Of a stretch of 64,000 nt of DNA, positions 1-12,335 are shown piece by piece. This stretch comes from Eledone cirrhosa (Eukaryota). The position numbers and the translations under genes are program-made. Each line of letters starts with the position of its first letter. Positions within the stretch are counted from its first letter, which is position 1. Location of the stretch: the NCBI GenBank assembly GCA_964016885.1, contig OZ024753.1, positions 41,354,001 through 41,418,000 on the forward strand, written 5' to 3'. The notes below the pieces were generated by a model, which was given only the letters and a program-made list of their open reading frames with translations, was not told the origin of the DNA and made no database searches.

Positions 1-822
1 AATGACAAAAATGCTTGAATGTAATTAATACATTAACTTGGTGATATTTCTATTGTCCTCTCCCACTTTTGTTTTTGTCTCCGATAAGTAATGTACCGTG
101 AATGTTCACACTAATAGAAATTTAACCACTGTCTATAAACACGTAAATGACTACATGTTAGAGCCATTATTGTTAGGCATATTATCTCATATACTAGCTA
201 CAGTCAACGTTATTATCTCACACACTAACATCACTCACCATTTTTATCTCATTTACTAACTACAGTTTAGTTGTTTTTTTTTTAACAACAGCTAGTTTAG
301 TTTAAAACTATTCTAAAAAATTACCGAAGCATTGGAACTGTAATAAATAACAGAGAAATAATGGCGTTTCCATCTGAAAAATAGAATATGTTGTTCATGT
401 GTTAACGAGTACGTTTTGACCTAATTAAAATTAATATTTATAGAAGCTGTTTATATTTAGTATTTCTAACTTTAAACCGTTTGTAATTCGAGATGACTAC
501 ATGTCCCAGTAGGGTAGTTAGCTAGTTAGAAAAATAACTTAAATATGGTTTATTAGAAAAGTTTTAAAAACCTGATATTTCTTAGCTGGTGAGGGTGAAT
601 GCCATAAAACTGTAAACTATATTGTGTATCGTCAATAGAAAGTAAAACTGTGTTCATCTCAACATATTTGAGCCATGCAAATATTTGAACCAAATATCTT
701 GTTCTTGGACGCTGTTAGAAAAACTATTACTGGCAGTCTTATCAGTTTCTATAGTGTTTATAAATGCCACACATTGTAATCATATATACACACCTACACT
801 TACATACATACATACATACATA

Positions 823-1278
823 CATGGTGGCTGCCAACTCGTTTTCGAGTACGGCCACTACTTTACATCCATGTAGGAGAACCCCTACCGATGCGCTGAA
901 CAAGTGTGACTTTATAGTCCAGCCAGCGACTTGAAAACTCGGGTACAAACACTACACTTGTGACAATTATTGACACATAGTGCTGGGCCCATGGTACCAT
1001 GTCACGACAAGTGCAGAGAGATCTCCAGATATAAAGCAATGCCTGTGCCGTGAAGCTTTTATAGTGAGCAAAGGCACTGCACAAAGCCAGTCCCACTCTC
1101 TTAACCAATATGATATTTACCAAAAAGAAGAACAAGTCAACATCATTGGATACCATCAGGGTTGCAGGTGTTATATCAGAGTTTTCCTTCTCCTAGAATT
1201 CTGCCTTGACAAAGGCTAAGGGGTCATCTCTCCCGGAGAATTCTGCCTTGACAAAGGCTAAGGGGTCATCTCTCCCGG
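823..1278 (-). mobile_element. Non-autonomous repeat resembling an RTE/LINE 5' region (copy 1), ending in a 42-bp tandem duplication
   Basis: Near-identical to 24005-24417. Minus strand carries TCTAGGAGAAGGAAAACTCTGA, a motif I associate with RTE-clade 5' UTRs. AGAATTCTGCCTTGACAAAGGCTAAGGGGTCATCTCTCCCGG occurs twice at 1195-1278. Flanked by (ATAC)n. Confidence 0.6.
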
Positions 1279-1433
<155 letters not shown>

Positions 1434-3242
1434 CTGGTCGTAGAGTAATTATAAATACTACATATATATTTCCGGGAATCGGATATTCTGTGTCTGAAAG
1501 TGAAGAATTATAACGTCAACCGTTTATTAATGATATAAATAGCAGAGAGTAGTGTCCTTAAGCAATGATATAAATAGCAGAGGAGGAATGAGAGATCGAA
1601 TTCACGCTTAACATGTGTTTCGCAAATGTACCGCTCTAAGCCACACGAAGTTACGTAATAATTCGGTAACATGCTGCTTAGATCTGGTTCGATTTCTTCA
1701 TCAGACTTTAGAACAGCCAGAAACACCCGCTGTATCAGCCATTTCACCTCACATAACTCCATCCTCGGGCATGTTGCACTCATCCCAATTTTGCAGAGGG
1801 CAGTGTTCGTGAGGTCTTGCCCGTAACCAGCACAGAGAGGAAGCCATCGGTTAAATCCTAGTGCCATTTATTTCAACATCGCGTCAATATTTTTGCAAAA
1901 TAATTACTATTTATATCAAACCTACTTCAATTTATTTGCAAATATAATAATCTTGTTTTACACTACCTGAATGTTTGTCAGAAGACTGAGAATATCGAAA
2001 GTCTTGCCCGTAACCAGCACGAAAATGAATCAGTCGGTTAACTCATAAAATTATTTATTTCAACATCACCGCAATAATTTTGCAAAAAAAGTATTATTTA
2101 TTACAAAATTGCTTCAATTTATTTGCAGAAATAATAAGCTTGCTTTACACAATCTGTAAATATTCATGTAGTCTATTATTCTTCTGTTTACATAGCTTGG
2201 CTGATTATGTAATCCTGTGTTTATATTTATATTTAAGCTTGTCTAATTATCTGTATAACTTTCCTCTATACGTGACTGTTTCTTTTGTGTAGATTGTTTT
2301 GTGTTATTTATCAAACAAATAAGTAGTGTATTTTAGACATTTTGTTTCTATATATTACCAAAATAATCGTGCTGAATTGTATAGAATTGAATTAAGCTTT
2401 CGTAATATGAAACCTTTTTGCGATATTATTTATAGTTGAGATATCAATAAGTAAAGAATTCTTTACATTATTTCATTAACTTCTTTTGTTATTATTTCAA
2501 ATCTTCTACCAAGATTGACGTGGTATTTTCTCCCTCTAGAGTCGATAACAGTTTTTACTAGTTTTACTAGATAATATTTATGACGGATCAGGTTATTGAG
2601 AAATGTTTCGGTATGATTATAAAAGTAACAACATCATTAAAGACAGCTTTAACAACAATAACAGCAACAACTGCAAAAACAATAAAAACAACAACACTAA
2701 GAACAACATCAATAACATCCAGAGCAATAATAACAGCACTAGCAACAAGAGCAACCTCATCCGTTACAACAACAACAACAGATCCATTATCCATTCGTGA
2801 TTCACAGCTGAAGTCAATTTACTACCTTTGTGGAGTTAATATCGGGAAAAATGTTATCAAGATGGCGCAAGCTTATTCACTTCTTTACGATAATGAAAAT
2901 ATCGAACCGTCTTTAATATGTTCAAAATGGACTATGCTAAGGAAATGGACTATGCTAAGGAAACTTTATGATTTTTCGAACGATAATATTATTTTAATGG
3001 TCACCATGGAAATCTTGTGTTATTTTTTATTTTCTAATGCAATATGAAATGAAAAAGCATTGACAAATTGTTAATAAGTGCGGTTTGTAATTACGTGGTC
3101 ATTGTACTTTCCCAACTGTGTGAGACCCAGGGTGTCATCTACCCTGGTATTCTCTTCACTCAAGGTTTGAGCGTGAAACTGACTCGACGTAAAGGTGGTA
3201 AATACAAATTTGCTGATAATACCGTTTGTAAATCTTTATTAA

Positions 3243-3490
3243 GTGAAAGCGCGTAGCTTAGTGGTTAAGGAGATTGGTTTACAATCGTGAGGGTGTGAGT
3301 TAAATTCCTAGGCCGGACGGTGCGTTGTGTCCTTAAGCAAGACGGTTTATTTCACGTTGCTTTTCCTAGCAGGAGTTGCGACCGGTAGATAGTATCAGCT
3401 ATTGGAAAGACCAATAGAAACATTGTTTCCTTGGTCCGATCTGTCTAGCTCCACACCACCCGGTAAGCGAGTGGGGTTTGGGATTTTGTT
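3243..3490 (+). mobile_element. tRNA-derived SINE, family B (CORE/V-like CCTTGAGCAAGACACTTTATTTCACGTTGC domain)
   Basis: A-box-like TAGCTTAGTGGTT, degenerate B box, and a central domain shared with 6413, 32595, 41810 and 62340. Confidence 0.75.
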
Positions 3491-3822
3491 ATTTCGGATA
3501 GAAAGAAAAACATCTATAGTTATTGTTATTTACATTTCCCCTGTGTAACATATTGAGTCCATGAGAGGAAATGACTCATATTGAGAAAATTACCTAACTT
3601 TACTTCAATAGTTTAAACTAAATTACCTTTTTTATGTCTTTAGATTTTAGTCGTTACATTTCATTACATGCGCCGTTTAAATTAGCTTGTGTAAACAACT
3701 CTTTTATATTGTTAAATATTTTAATGTCATTTAATTCATCTATAGTATCCTATACATTATACATTGTATGAAGTCTAATATAATAGATAAACAAATACCT
3801 TTGTACATATACATATATATAG

Positions 3823-3905
<83 letters not shown>

Positions 3906-4134
3906 GTTAATCTAACCGATCAAAGTGTTAGGTTATTGCTCTTAATGGAATTTACATGTGACGACTTGATTTAGCTATGATGAAAAGTAAACCAAATTAT
4001 CTTAATGTATAAGATTTAATAGAATAATAGAAACATAATATAGAATTGCAATTATGGTCAATTAAAAAATAGCTGCTAATTATTTCAACAGTATTATACT
4101 TGATATTTTCGTCAAGCTTAAACGAACGTATTTT

Positions 4135-4186
<52 letters not shown>

Positions 4187-4887
4187 ATTTATGATCATAT
4201 GCATGAAGAGTTCGTTTGCCTTATCTCTTCCAAGCTTACCGTTTGGATTCATTAGTGATTAAAACGCCTAGTTTATACAATTGCCTTGTAATACAACCAT
4301 CTTCTTAAAGATATAAGACATTTTCTAATCTGGATACCTTATAAAATTCTTTCTTAATTCATGTTCAGTTAATTAATTTCAATTTATTATCAGTTTGTTG
4401 GTGGAATAAAAGCCATGATGAAGGCTTTTGTTGATGGTTACGACGATGATTGTTCCACTTGTATGATCAACAGAATTGTCTGCTCATGAAATCAACGTGC
4501 AAACTATAGAATATGTTTTGAAAATTTATGAATTTTCCCTAAATTTTTTGGGGTGTGCAGCTTCACCTCCAGGCACCCCCCAGCAATACGCCACTGCCCC
4601 CTAAAACATTTCCGGGTCGTTGAGACCCTGCAGTGCCAAACGCTGCACCAGCTACCTCCATCTCTGTCAGTTATGGGCGAGTTCTTGCTTGGGTTGGGGT
4701 AAAGTTCTTATCTGTCCACTCTGCTATGTTGTTAACCCACCACTTACTCTGCCCCGCATTTTCTTCCCCTGAACTGTTACTTGGAGAATAATCTTAGAGT
4801 GTTAGTCAGATCTTGTCACATGATTGATAGAGAGTGTGATTATTCTGACCCTTTGTAAGACAACAATGAATCAATGTTATTAATGTT

Positions 4888-5103
4888 AGATTGGCAGTAT
4901 CAGTAGAGGGTCGAACGCCATGCTTTGCAGCATGGAATTACGTCCCTTTACGGTCTAAGTTCGAATCCCGCCGAGGTTAACTTTGCCTTTCATCCTTACG
5001 GAGTCGATAAACTAAAGTACCAGTCACGAACTGGGGTAGATTTAATCGACTTTCCCCTCCCCCCAAATTACTGGCCTTGTGCCTATGCTAGAAATCATTA
5101 TTG
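4888..5103 (+). mobile_element. tRNA-derived SINE, family A (GCCTTTCATCCTTACGGGGTCGATAAAATAAAGTACCAG domain)
   Basis: A-box-like TGGCAGTATCAGT, B box GTTCGAATCC, and a conserved body shared by about 20 copies in the window. Confidence 0.8.
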
Positions 5104-5233
5104 TTAGAGAAAGAAACCCTAATACAAGGCCAGTCTTTTCTTTGTCGTCTACAACAAGAGTGAGACATGACAAGGCAACACAAGAACGTAAACAAACAGC
5201 CGAACACCTTAACCATTAAACCACAAACCTTTA

Positions 5234-5412
5234 TAATTGTTTCTACTTTTGGCACCAGGCCAGCAATTATCCCAGTGCATTACTGGTACTTTATTTTATC
5301 GACCCCGTAAGGTTGAAAGGCAAAGTTAACCTCGGCGGGATTTGAACTCAGATCATAAAGGGAGGTAACTCTATGCTTCAAAGCATGGCGCCCGACCCTC
5401 TACCGATACTAT
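5234..5412 (-). mobile_element. SINE family A, inverted relative to 4888-5103
   Basis: Reverse complement of the family A consensus. Confidence 0.8.
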
Positions 5413-5805
5413 GTCTGTTAATACACGGATTAGATACATTTAAAGTTTAAGAAATAGATATTCCTAAACACGAAGTAACATAAACCACATAAAATCTGCT
5501 TATGAGATGAACACTGCAGACTTCACTGAGCTACAAGTTAATCTTCTACCATACACCTCCAGTTAGACACAAATTCTTTGAAACGGTGTTCGGTTATGTT
5601 TAAAAGGAAAAGGAAGATTGAATACACGGCGGGAAACTATATCGTCAGAGAATATTTGATAACATTGAATAATTCACCTGGGATTTCATGAGTGGAAAGA
5701 TATTCTCGTAAGAAAAAGAAAGTTTGTGTTTTCAATTTGTACCTTACAGGAAATGTGTTCGGTGGAAGTGGAAATTGGAGTTGTAGATGAATATATATAT
5801 ATATA

Positions 5806-5883
<78 letters not shown>

Positions 5884-5962
5884 TATAATGTATCCATCTA
5901 TTCACCTACCTATTTCTATCTATATATCTATCTATCTATCTCTCTCTTACACACACACTGCC

Positions 5963-6012
<50 letters not shown>

Positions 6013-6182
6013 GAGAGAGAGATTATTTGTTTGTTAAAATATTTAAATTAAATTAATTCAACAGTTAAACACATAGGAATAATAGGGCTGTTACCAAAGA
6101 GCCAGAGCAGGACATATCAATGTATTGACGGAGTAAATCACACTTCAGCAACATGTGTACCTGTCTTTCCCACACCAATTCG

Positions 6183-6233
6183 GACTGCCTGAAGAGGTCA
6201 CAGCCAATGATGGCTGTCACCGAAATATATATA
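6183..6233 (+). ncRNA. Hammerhead ribozyme motif lacking the 3' strand of stem I
   Basis: CTGAAGA (6189-95), stem II GGT-C-ACAGCC/GGCTGT-C-ACC, GAAA (6222-25), TATATA-TA, then runs into TA repeat. Confidence 0.55.
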
Positions 6234-6412
6234 TAATTTATAATAAACGAAGCCAAATTTTACATATTTGACTTATTTGAATTATTTTACATTACTCCGG
6301 AGTAAACAAACCAACCTGCGTACGACGTCGAGTGCTCCAATCTGCATACTGAGGTGTCGGTAACAACCAACATATACTCAATATACATATACATATACAT
6401 ATATATATATAT

Positions 6413-6628
6413 GTGAAGGCGTGTGGCTGAGTGGTTAGAGAATTGGATTCGCAATTGTAAGGTTGTGAGTTCGATTCCTGGACCAGGCGATGCGTTATGT
6501 CCTTGAGCAAGACACTTTATTTCACGTTGCTCCTTCTACCTGGAGTTGCGACCGATAGATAGTATTAGCAATTGGAAAGACCAACGGAAACATTGTTCCC
6601 TCGGTCCGATTTGACGAAAGTCGATCGT
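6413..6628 (+). mobile_element. SINE family B
   Basis: TGGCTGAGTGG A box, GTTCGATTCC B box, core domain; near-identical to the reverse complement of 62340-62556. Confidence 0.85.
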
Positions 6629-6632
6629 CTAA

Positions 6633-6673
<41 letters not shown>

Positions 6674-7430
6674 GAAAACATAAATGTTAATTACAAATAG
6701 TACACAAACATATACACACATACACACATTCATATGCATACATAAATATACATACATATATACATACATAATACATGTATGTATATATATGTTGTAAAAT
6801 AAAAGACAAACACAGAGATACATTGGTATTATTAGTTTCACGTTTGAAATAGGAAAAAGGGAAGTTTAACCAGGCTCATTGCTTAGACATAATAAATGAA
6901 TATATTTATATCTTCTATATCTATATCTAAATCTATCTATCTATATATAGAATGAGAAAATTCGCATTTTCTCATTCTAAATACACCCCGTTTTTTTCCT
7001 ATGTGGCTTTATGTACTACAAAATGTTATGGGTTAACAGAGTTTCTTGATGGGGCCAGAAGTAAAGGCCAAGCGATGAGGAGGTCAGCGAAGGGCAAAAA
7101 TGGAAGGATAAGAAGTGAGAAGTTTAGTTTGGCAACGATGGCAGTCAAGAGGAGTGTGATGAGGAAAAGAGAGAAATGGAAAGATGGTGGATGATGAGGA
7201 AATGAAAGGGTACAACAGAAACTAGAATATATGGCGTCTAAGAATTGTACATGACATGAATAACACCAGTAAGCATACATACGTTTGTGTGTCAATATAT
7301 GCTTCTTTAAGGCAAATACTTCAGATCAAACTGAAGTGTGAAACAACTCTCGATAATTGCAAACATTTATATTAATATATGCAATATGTATGCATAATTT
7401 TCCAGATAATATATATATATATATATATAT

Positions 7431-7735
7431 CATCATCATCAGGTCGAGCTTGCTCGGCCTTCTACGACACATTTCCTCCATCCATCTCTGTCTCTCATAG
7501 CGTTTGCTCAAGTTGCTTGACGTATGTCTTCTTGGGACGACCAGCGTTTCTTGCTCCATGAGATGGACGCCATAACAACACATCACCTGCTATTCTTCCT
7601 TGCTGCGCCAACAGTGGCCAGCAAATCTGAGTCTCTGTTTACGTATTGACTTGCTTATAGGTGGTATATTGCCATAGAGATCCTTATTTGTGGGGTGTTC
7701 CCTCCAAGATACGTTTAAAACAGCACGGAGCATAC
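7431..7735 (-). pseudogene. 3' end of an RTE-like LINE (post-RT C-terminal region) with (GAT)n tail
   Basis: Translates as RMLRAVLNVSWREHPTNKDLYGNIPPISKSIRKQRLRFAGHCWRSKEE*...LLWRPSHGARNAGRPKKTY, typical of the RTE-like C-terminus; contains stops. Confidence 0.8.
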
Positions 7736-7837
7736 GTATATATATACGGGTGATATATATATATGTATTTATATATATATTGTTATCCTTGGGGAGGGTA
7801 ATATTGTTGTAATATTGCCAGAAATAATAACAGAACA

Positions 7838-7906
7838 AAAACCTTGCAAAAACCTTGCAAAAACCTTGCAAAAACCTTGCAAAAACCTTGCAAAAACCTT
7901 GCAAAA
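7838..7906. repeat. 11-bp minisatellite (AAAACCTTGCA) x6
   Basis: Seen directly. Confidence 0.9.
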
Positions 7907-8034
7907 CAAATTCATATACATATATATATATAAACAAAGGGAGAAAGAACTCATAAGAGTCAACGGCCATCCAAAAATGTGTAAATATGTATATACACAT
8001 GTACATATGTATGTGTATGTATATGCGTGTGTAT

Positions 8035-8735
8035 ATGCCTGAGGTGTCAGGGAGGGGCATGTACCTCTGTAGGGAGGGCTAGGGTCCCACTTGACACTCA
8101 GCTCTCACCTGTGGACCCAAGAAGCTGTAGCATGCGACAGCGGCCGGTGTGGAGTGCTAGGGCACCCCGGTAAACCGCCTTGGCTGGTGAGTCGAACCAG
8201 GTTGAGGGTAGCCGGGCGGGTCTGAACCCCCCCCCCCAGTGAGTTAGATAGGGGATGCCTGCCCCTGCATGCGAAGACTGGACCCGGCGGAGTGAGTGGA
8301 GGAGGACAACATCGTCCCAACGGTCACGAAGGCAGCGACAGCAAGCGGTGTGGAGCGCTAGGGCAGGGTAAGGCACTACAGACGTCGTGGCCATCCACTG
8401 CAGCCAAGGAAGACTCTGGTCGTGACGGTCCTCCGTACCACCGGATTCTGGCTTCTGCGGCCGAGTGAGTGGGACCCTCACTGTGCACTGGCCCTCCCAC
8501 TATAAACCTTTCCCGCACAGGTTTCTTCTTTAGCATGCACTCCCAAAGCCCTGCGGCGATGGGCGGGAGGTGGAGGTAACCTCTGGGAGTTGTCAGTCTG
8601 ACTCCGGTCTCTTCCCCTGCCCCCACTGTCCCCGGATCTGCAAGTCAAGGATCGGCCTCCACAGCCACCTTCGTGCCCACGGCAGACGGAAACAACAATA
8701 AAGAAGATGTCATCATCGTTTACGATGGACAACCA

Positions 8736-8738
<3 letters not shown>
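8035..8738 (+). mobile_element. GC-rich segment, probable LINE (RTE-like) 5' UTR / ORF start
   Basis: Sharp GC-rich island bounded by microsatellites, next to an RTE 3' fragment; no convincing protein homology by eye. Confidence 0.45.
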
Positions 8739-8800
<62 letters not shown>

Positions 8801-9373
8801 ATATATATATCACACGCAAGGTTAAAATTATTGAAAAAATTAATTGATCCGCGTGCATATTATTTTATTATGTTTCGCGATGACCTCCCCTTTCCGCTTG
8901 ATGACAGTGTAAAATTTCTCATTCTGAGACTGCTAGAATTTCAAATTTGGCGGTCATTCTGATACGGAGAGGGAACATCGTTGGACATTGAATATCGGTA
9001 AGAAATTTTTTTTTATATCGATGTTTGACGGGCATCCACTGATGATTTATAAGTGCCCACATGCATATATTCCAACGGAATACGTGCATGCTTCTACATA
9101 ACCTGGACACATTTTTCCCAACTTGTAAAAAACTTATAATGAAACAATTGTTTGGAAAGGGAGATGTATTTTAATTATGTCTCATATAAAATAATACAAC
9201 TGGTTATCCGCAAAATACATATAGTTAGCACCCCAAACGTAAAATTGGGATTATACTAAGGTATATCCTAATGTTTGTTGAGTGAGATGGAAGCCAGTCA
9301 GAGTATAGCTTGAAGCTTTAAGCTTTCTCTGTTAATGTATTAAATATATATATATATCATATATATATATATT

Positions 9374-9408
<35 letters not shown>

Positions 9409-9452
9409 ATCATATATATATATATATCACATATATATATATTTATATATAC

Positions 9453-9509
<57 letters not shown>

Positions 9510-9646
9510 TTCAAGAGTAACCAATCTTAAAGAGAGAGATGGAGATAGGAGAGGAGATAGGAGAGGATAGATTGGTGAATTAGTTAGAAGCCGAAGCGTA
9601 ATAATGTCTTCCTTGTGAAATTTGTGGTCTTGTTTTGCTTAACTAA

Positions 9647-9697
<51 letters not shown>

Positions 9698-9707
9698 TAT
9701 GTAACAA

Positions 9708-9781
9708 GCTGTCTGATGATGTCACGACACTCGCACACAGAACAGTGTGGCCAGTGTCGTCATTGAAATATATATCACAGC
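9708..9781 (+). ncRNA. Type I hammerhead ribozyme (PLE-type)
   Basis: Stem I GCTGT/ACAGC; CTGATGA 9713-19; stem II ACGACACT/AGTGTCGT; GAAA 9765-68; stem III A-T-[ATAT]-A-T; AUC site, predicted cleavage after 9776. Confidence 0.8.
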
Positions 9782-10007
9782 ATTATTATTAAAGGACTTG
9801 AACATCTGAAACTACTTCGCTTTTCCTTATTCTATATATATATATATATATAAATATACACGGGTGTGTATGATTGTGTATAGAATATTATATTAACAAA
9901 AGGAATTCCAACTTTGTCTGATTTACTCGTTTTATTTACAATCCTTTAAAATTATAATGGTATTAGAATGAAATAGTATGGTAGAATATTAAATGTTAAG
10001 TGTTAAT

Positions 10008-10046
10008 TGAACAAGTACTTTCATGCTTTCGCAATCTTCAGGTTCA
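10008..10046 (-). ncRNA. Minimal hammerhead ribozyme candidate (no real stem II)
   Basis: Minus strand: TGAAC-CTGAAGA-TTGC-GAAA-GCAT[GAAA]GTAC-TT-GTTCA; 5-bp stem I, CUU site, one mismatch in stem III. Confidence 0.55.
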
Positions 10047-10856
10047 TATTCTGTGGTGACAGTCAAGTTTGCAATTTTCAACTTTATATATGTATATACA
10101 CTTCTATATTTTTAAGTTCAGACCCTCAGATCTTCCGATTCATTACTGCTGGAGTCAGCAGTTTTAGATTTTTCCATCTTCTTTTATTTATGGTGTTTCG
10201 TCGTCTCATACTTTCAGCCATGTTCAAATGCTGATTCTCTCTATTCTATCTATTATATATATTATATTATATACTATTTAACTATTGCAACATCAAACTA
10301 CACCATTCACACTCAACTCTCTTCAATTATACTGATACTATCGAATATCACATATCACACAGTGTGAAATATCAGGACAGTTCTTTGGAAAGCTGTCGCT
10401 ATAAACGGACTAGATCAAAAGCAGAGCAAATTGTTCATTTGTCACTGAAAGTATGAAAAAAAAATAAAAGTAAAAAAAAAAATCGATACTCTATTCTGCA
10501 TTATTAGATCAAGATAGACGAAAATAAAAGAGATTCTTCAAAAATACTGCATTTCTCACAAGAGAGAAAATAGCAACGTCAAATGGAATGGTAGATTAAC
10601 AGAGTACTTCAGTAAACTTTACAAATGACTCATTAAAAATATAGCAAGTCTCTTAAGAATATAGATGCTAAGTAATTCACTCTGGGTTAATTATATATCT
10701 ATATCTAGTTCTATATCTAGTTATATCTAGATCTATCTAGTTCTATTTGGTTCTAAGTGAATATGAAGTCATACAGAAAATGAGTGGTTTGCGAATATAT
10801 AAAAAGTAAACATTAAAATGTTATATCTTCGTGTGTATATATATATATATATATAT

Positions 10857-11044
10857 ATAGGAACCAGTAAGACCCCGACAGCTGAGCTCAAGCCGTTTCG
10901 ACGGCTAATTCAGAATTAGCCGTCGAAACGGCTTGAGCTCAGCTGTCGGGGTCTTACTGGTTCCTATTACCCACTCTACTACCTCAAGTATTGAGTACTT
11001 TGGTGCGTTATGGTCCACCTGGTTCCTTACCACATTTCCTTCGG

Positions 11045-11046
<2 letters not shown>
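10857..11046 (+). mobile_element. PLE-like fold-back element, family P1 (55-bp palindrome arms + tail) in (TA)n
   Basis: Palindrome centred at 10912; contains GAAA-CGGCT-TGAGCTC-AGCTG-TC (hammerhead 3' half); tail shared with 18185, 40060 and 54882. Confidence 0.7.
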
Positions 11047-11078
<32 letters not shown>

Positions 11079-11281
11079 TTAATTATACTATTTATGGTTA
11101 TGTAAATACAAAAACCTTTTGCAGTTATATATATTTTTATACAAACCCTAAATAGTGGTAGGCAGTAATATATTACTACCTTATTACCAGTAAGTTAAGT
11201 AGCTCAATGTAAAAACATCAGATGATTTACAGAGCAGTTATATGAATTATAAGAATAAAAGAACTGTTCAAAACATTTTTA

Positions 11282-11328
11282 TGCTTACAACTGTTTCCTC
11301 CAAACCGAGGTTTGGATTCTTCGGAGCA
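11282..11328 (-). ncRNA. Type I hammerhead ribozyme with CCGAAGA (U4C) core
   Basis: Minus strand: TGCT-CCGAAGA-ATCCAAACC-TC-GGTTTGGAG-GAAA-C[AGTT]G-TA-AGCA; GUA site. Confidence 0.65.
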
Positions 11329-11499
11329 ATTTATTATTGAATGAACACTTATATGACCTCCTTTTCACCCAAGAGACATACAGATACATATGCAAATATT
11401 GTGGGTCAACATTCATTACAGCATTTAGAGTGGCAGTACACACTTAGAGATTACATTCATATTAAAAGATTCAATCAAAAATACAGGTTAAAATACAAC

Positions 11500-11680
11500 A
11501 TGAAAATAAGCGGTTATATAGTGCAAAGGTTATATGTGTGGCAAGCACGTGCGTCTTGTTTATATAGTGTGGCAGAGAGTTACGTGTAGTAGAAGCACTT
11601 AAGCAGGTAAACAAGAGTGTTAGGTTGGTTGATCTGGTGACAAGTTCTTTATATGATTGTTATAGTCTGTGTGTGGAGAA
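11500..11680 (-). pseudogene. Possible decayed GIY-YIG endonuclease segment of a PLE
   Basis: Different minus-strand frames give LVYLLKC and YINKT..L.T.I, resembling PLE VYxIxC...YIGxT motifs; frameshifted; lies upstream of the 11282 hammerhead. Confidence 0.3.
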
Positions 11681-11911
11681 ATAATATAAGCATTAAAAAT
11701 AGTGTAAGCATTAAAAATATTTAAAATATTGGAAATGCGCAGCGAGGCGATGATATGGACTTCATGCACTTCGACATTTTAAGTTATATATATATAACTT
11801 ATTGTTTAGCTCTAGTTTTTTAACTATTGAGCGCTTGCCAGCATTTCTACGATTTTGCGTTTCGTTTCGCTTTTTCTACCAGCCGAAATACGATTCTCGC
11901 TGAATTATATT

Positions 11912-11949
<38 letters not shown>

Positions 11950-11963
11950 CACGTACACACGCC

Positions 11964-12055
<92 letters not shown>

Positions 12056-12094
12056 CAACACACAAGAAAAACATTTTTTTTTCTTTTTTTTTTT

Positions 12095-12335
12095 TAAATA
12101 CAGATTAAAATTTAAACAAAAAATCCCTGCTTTCACCCATAACGGGATCTTGTCTTTGCTTAATCTTTAATCTGTTATTTTAATAAATATTTGCTCTAGG
12201 GTTCTTATATATTTGATATATCCTTATCGAGCCCTCTTTTGATTTTAGTCTTCACATTTATTATTATTACTATATATATAATCCTTATCGAGCTCTCTTC
12301 GGATTTTAGTCTTCACATTTATTATTATCACTATA
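12095..12335 (+). mobile_element. PLE-like fold-back remnant, family P4
   Basis: Homologous to 42403-42585, 59113-59342 and 63672-63745; partial inversion plus a duplicated tail. Confidence 0.6.

Noticed and set aside
1693-1704. CTGATGA-A-GAAA hits (here on the minus strand, also 13767 and a TTGATGA at about 25323)
   Set aside because: No stem II and no convincing stem I/III pairing; probably chance matches.
1508-1867. 119-aa non-repetitive ORF
   Set aside because: No recognisable domain; it overlaps a local duplication. A small exon cannot be excluded without RNA data.
2580-3047. 155-aa Thr-rich ORF
   Set aside because: Driven by a degenerate (ACA)n tract; the remainder resembles no protein I recognise.
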